Assembly (NCBI GenBank): GCA_900549665.1
Contig: URPH01000002.1
Span: forward strand, 29,947-93,946
DNA length: 64,000 bases
Origin: an uncultured Lachnospiraceae bacterium
GTDB lineage: Bacteria; Bacillota; Clostridia; Lachnospirales; Lachnospiraceae
Direction of reading: 5' to 3'
Shown in pieces: positions 62,502-64,000 of this stretch. The notes below the pieces were generated by a model. That model worked only from the letters and a program-made list of their open reading frames with translations, was not told the origin of the DNA and ran no database searches. Position numbers and translations under genes: made by a program. Numbering within the stretch: the first letter of the stretch is position 1; each line of letters begins with the position of its first letter.

Positions 62502-63004
62502 AGTAATATGATGACAAACAGACTGATCAACAATCCCATCGACCGGTACAATCTGCAGGTTTCTTTTTCCTTTTTATTCATCAGTTCATATTCCTGTTTT
62601 ATTTGTTCGTTAGCATCGGCTAACTGTTTCAGCTGGATCTTTCTGTCATAAAAGCCTGTCTGGTCAAACATATGGATCCATACCTTTCTGACTGTTTCCG
62701 GCAGGACAAGAGAAAGCTTTTCCATCTCCTCATGCCAGATCATATATAATTCTTTTCCGTCATTTTTTTGGATGGATCGTGCCGTACTTTGTAATACTCT
62801 TCCGATTTCTCCCGACTGCCTGACGGAAATCCTGCAGACAGCCTCCTTTAGAGTTGCCCGCTCCGTCTTTATCTGTCCGATAAGCAGTTCCATGACTGAA
62901 ATCATCATATGCAGATTCTCCTGTATTTCCATATACCGTAGGGCTTTATAAAATCCAAGCATAACCCCGGAAAAAAGAACAAGTCCACTGCCGATTATCT
63001 TCAT
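62495..63004 (-). CDS. spoIIIAB: Stage III sporulation protein AB
   Basis: 169-aa membrane protein at the AB position with SpoIIIAB-like topology. Confidence 0.75.
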   Translation of the reverse strand: MKIIGSGLVLFSGVMLGFYKALRYMEIQENLHMMISVMELLIGQIKTERATLKEAVCRISVRQSGEIGRVLQSTARSIQKNDGKELYMIWHEEMEKLSLVLPETVRKVWIHMFDQTGFYDRKIQLKQLADANEQIKQEYELMNKKEKETCRLYRSMGLLISLFVIILLW

Positions 63005-63007
63005 AGC

Positions 63008-63979
63008 TTACCCACCTTTCTTTTCTGCCAGAAGCTTTTGTCCTATATCATAAATCTGCCAGATCTGCTTTTTTTCTCCGTCTCTATCCCGTCTCCATTT
63101 AAGCAGTATGATTCTCTGAAAAATTCTTTTCATAACGTCCTGATATGTATTTTCCTTGGCAAGTATCTGTGAAAGACAGTTGCCGTGCACCGACGCAAGA
63201 AGTCTGATACCGCATACCGAAGCCATATCCAGGGCTTCATAATCATTTTTCAGGCCAAGCTCATCCACGACCAGTATTTCCGGTCCCATGGAACGGATTG
63301 CCATCATCATTCCATCTGCTTTCGGACAGGCATCCAGCACATCAGTCCGGATCCCGATATGATTTTGCGGTATACCCATATAACATCCGGCAAGCTCAGA
63401 ACGCTCGTCGATCACACAGATCTGTTTGCCGTCTGCATACGTGCTGCCATCCGACAGACTTCTGGTCAGATCTCTTAGCATGGTCGTTTTTCCCGCTCCC
63501 GGAGAAGAAATGATCAGCGTATTTAAAAATTCCTTTTTTTCAAACAGGTATGGCAGGATTTCATCTCCTGCACCTAAGACCTCATGCACAACCCTGATAT
63601 GTAAAAATGCAACCTTCTTCATCATGGCGATCCTGCCATTCTCCAATACAACCTGTCCGCCAACGCCTACTCTGTGTCCGCCGGCCACCGTCATAAACCC
63701 CTGCTTTAACTGACTTTCATAAGCATATGGAGAATAATCACAGATATGGTTAAAGATCATATCTACATCTTCTTCGGAAAAAACATAGGCCTGTCTGATA
63801 TCTTCCGAGAGTACACCGTTAAAATCCGGATAATATTCTTTTTTCCCAATGATAAAAATACACGGACAAAGGACTCTGATACGGATTTCCTGCAGCTTTT
63901 GAATCACATGGTTTAAGGATGAAAGTAAGGGATGAAATTTTGTTGGAAACAGATTTTTGATCTGGTCTGATTTTTTCAT
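63008..63979 (-). CDS. spoIIIAA: Stage III sporulation protein AA (secretion-type ATPase)
   Basis: Walker A motif SPGAGKTT and a Walker B region VDELG. It is the first gene of the spoIIIA operon; the operon promoter lies beyond the window end. Confidence 0.85.
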   Translation of the reverse strand: MKKSDQIKNLFPTKFHPLLSSLNHVIQKLQEIRIRVLCPCIFIIGKKEYYPDFNGVLSEDIRQAYVFSEEDVDMIFNHICDYSPYAYESQLKQGFMTVAGGHRVGVGGQVVLENGRIAMMKKVAFLHIRVVHEVLGAGDEILPYLFEKKEFLNTLIISSPGAGKTTMLRDLTRSLSDGSTYADGKQICVIDERSELAGCYMGIPQNHIGIRTDVLDACPKADGMMMAIRSMGPEILVVDELGLKNDYEALDMASVCGIRLLASVHGNCLSQILAKENTYQDVMKRIFQRIILLKWRRDRDGEKKQIWQIYDIGQKLLAEKKGG

Positions 63980-64000
63980 ATATTCTCCTTGTACAAACTA

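Overview
This is a 64 kb chromosomal window from a low-GC, spore-forming Firmicute; gene content and synteny look Clostridia/Lachnospiraceae-like. It is densely coded, and almost every gene is on the minus strand.

Most of the window is conserved core genome:
- Left end: a partial methyl-accepting chemotaxis protein, tRNA-Thr(CGU), an MscS channel, a DUF1015–glgB pair, a SulP transporter, serA, serC, an L,D-transpeptidase, and an ilvB–ilvD–leuB block.
- Middle: yajC–tgt, aroC, a 6-phosphogluconolactonase-like propeller, glgX, a Zn-ribbon/SHOCT protein – [FeFe]-hydrogenase – gltX – UvrD-like helicase operon, a cotJA–cotJB–cotJC spore-coat operon, and the rnr–smpB–ssrA(tmRNA) trio.
- Right end: the classic Firmicute block asp23–nusB–xseA–xseB–ispA–dxs–tlyA–nadK–argR–recN–spoIVB, then prfC, deoB and the eight-gene spoIIIA operon (AA to AH).

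The one clearly non-housekeeping region is a tightly packed minus-strand four-gene cassette at about 8.48–15.4 kb. It encodes, in transcription order:
- a 1007-aa protein with an N-terminal J-like domain (the invariant HPD motif reads NPE) followed by a long TPR array;
- a 565-aa HscC-like Hsp70;
- a MacroD–NADAR fusion whose start overlaps the Hsp70 stop (ATGA);
- a YafY/PafBC-type HTH–WYL regulator.

I flag this as a candidate uncharacterised chaperone/ADP-ribose-processing module. Its function is inferred, not shown.

Smaller oddities are listed as separate findings:
- a degenerate 15-bp tandem repeat at the spoIIIAF/AG junction;
- a small secreted Cys-rich peptide;
- K/E-rich C-terminal tails on several enzymes;
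- an unknown gene at the conserved spo0A position;
- a tmRNA tag ending in AYAA.

No CRISPR array, integrase, transposase or prophage was found.
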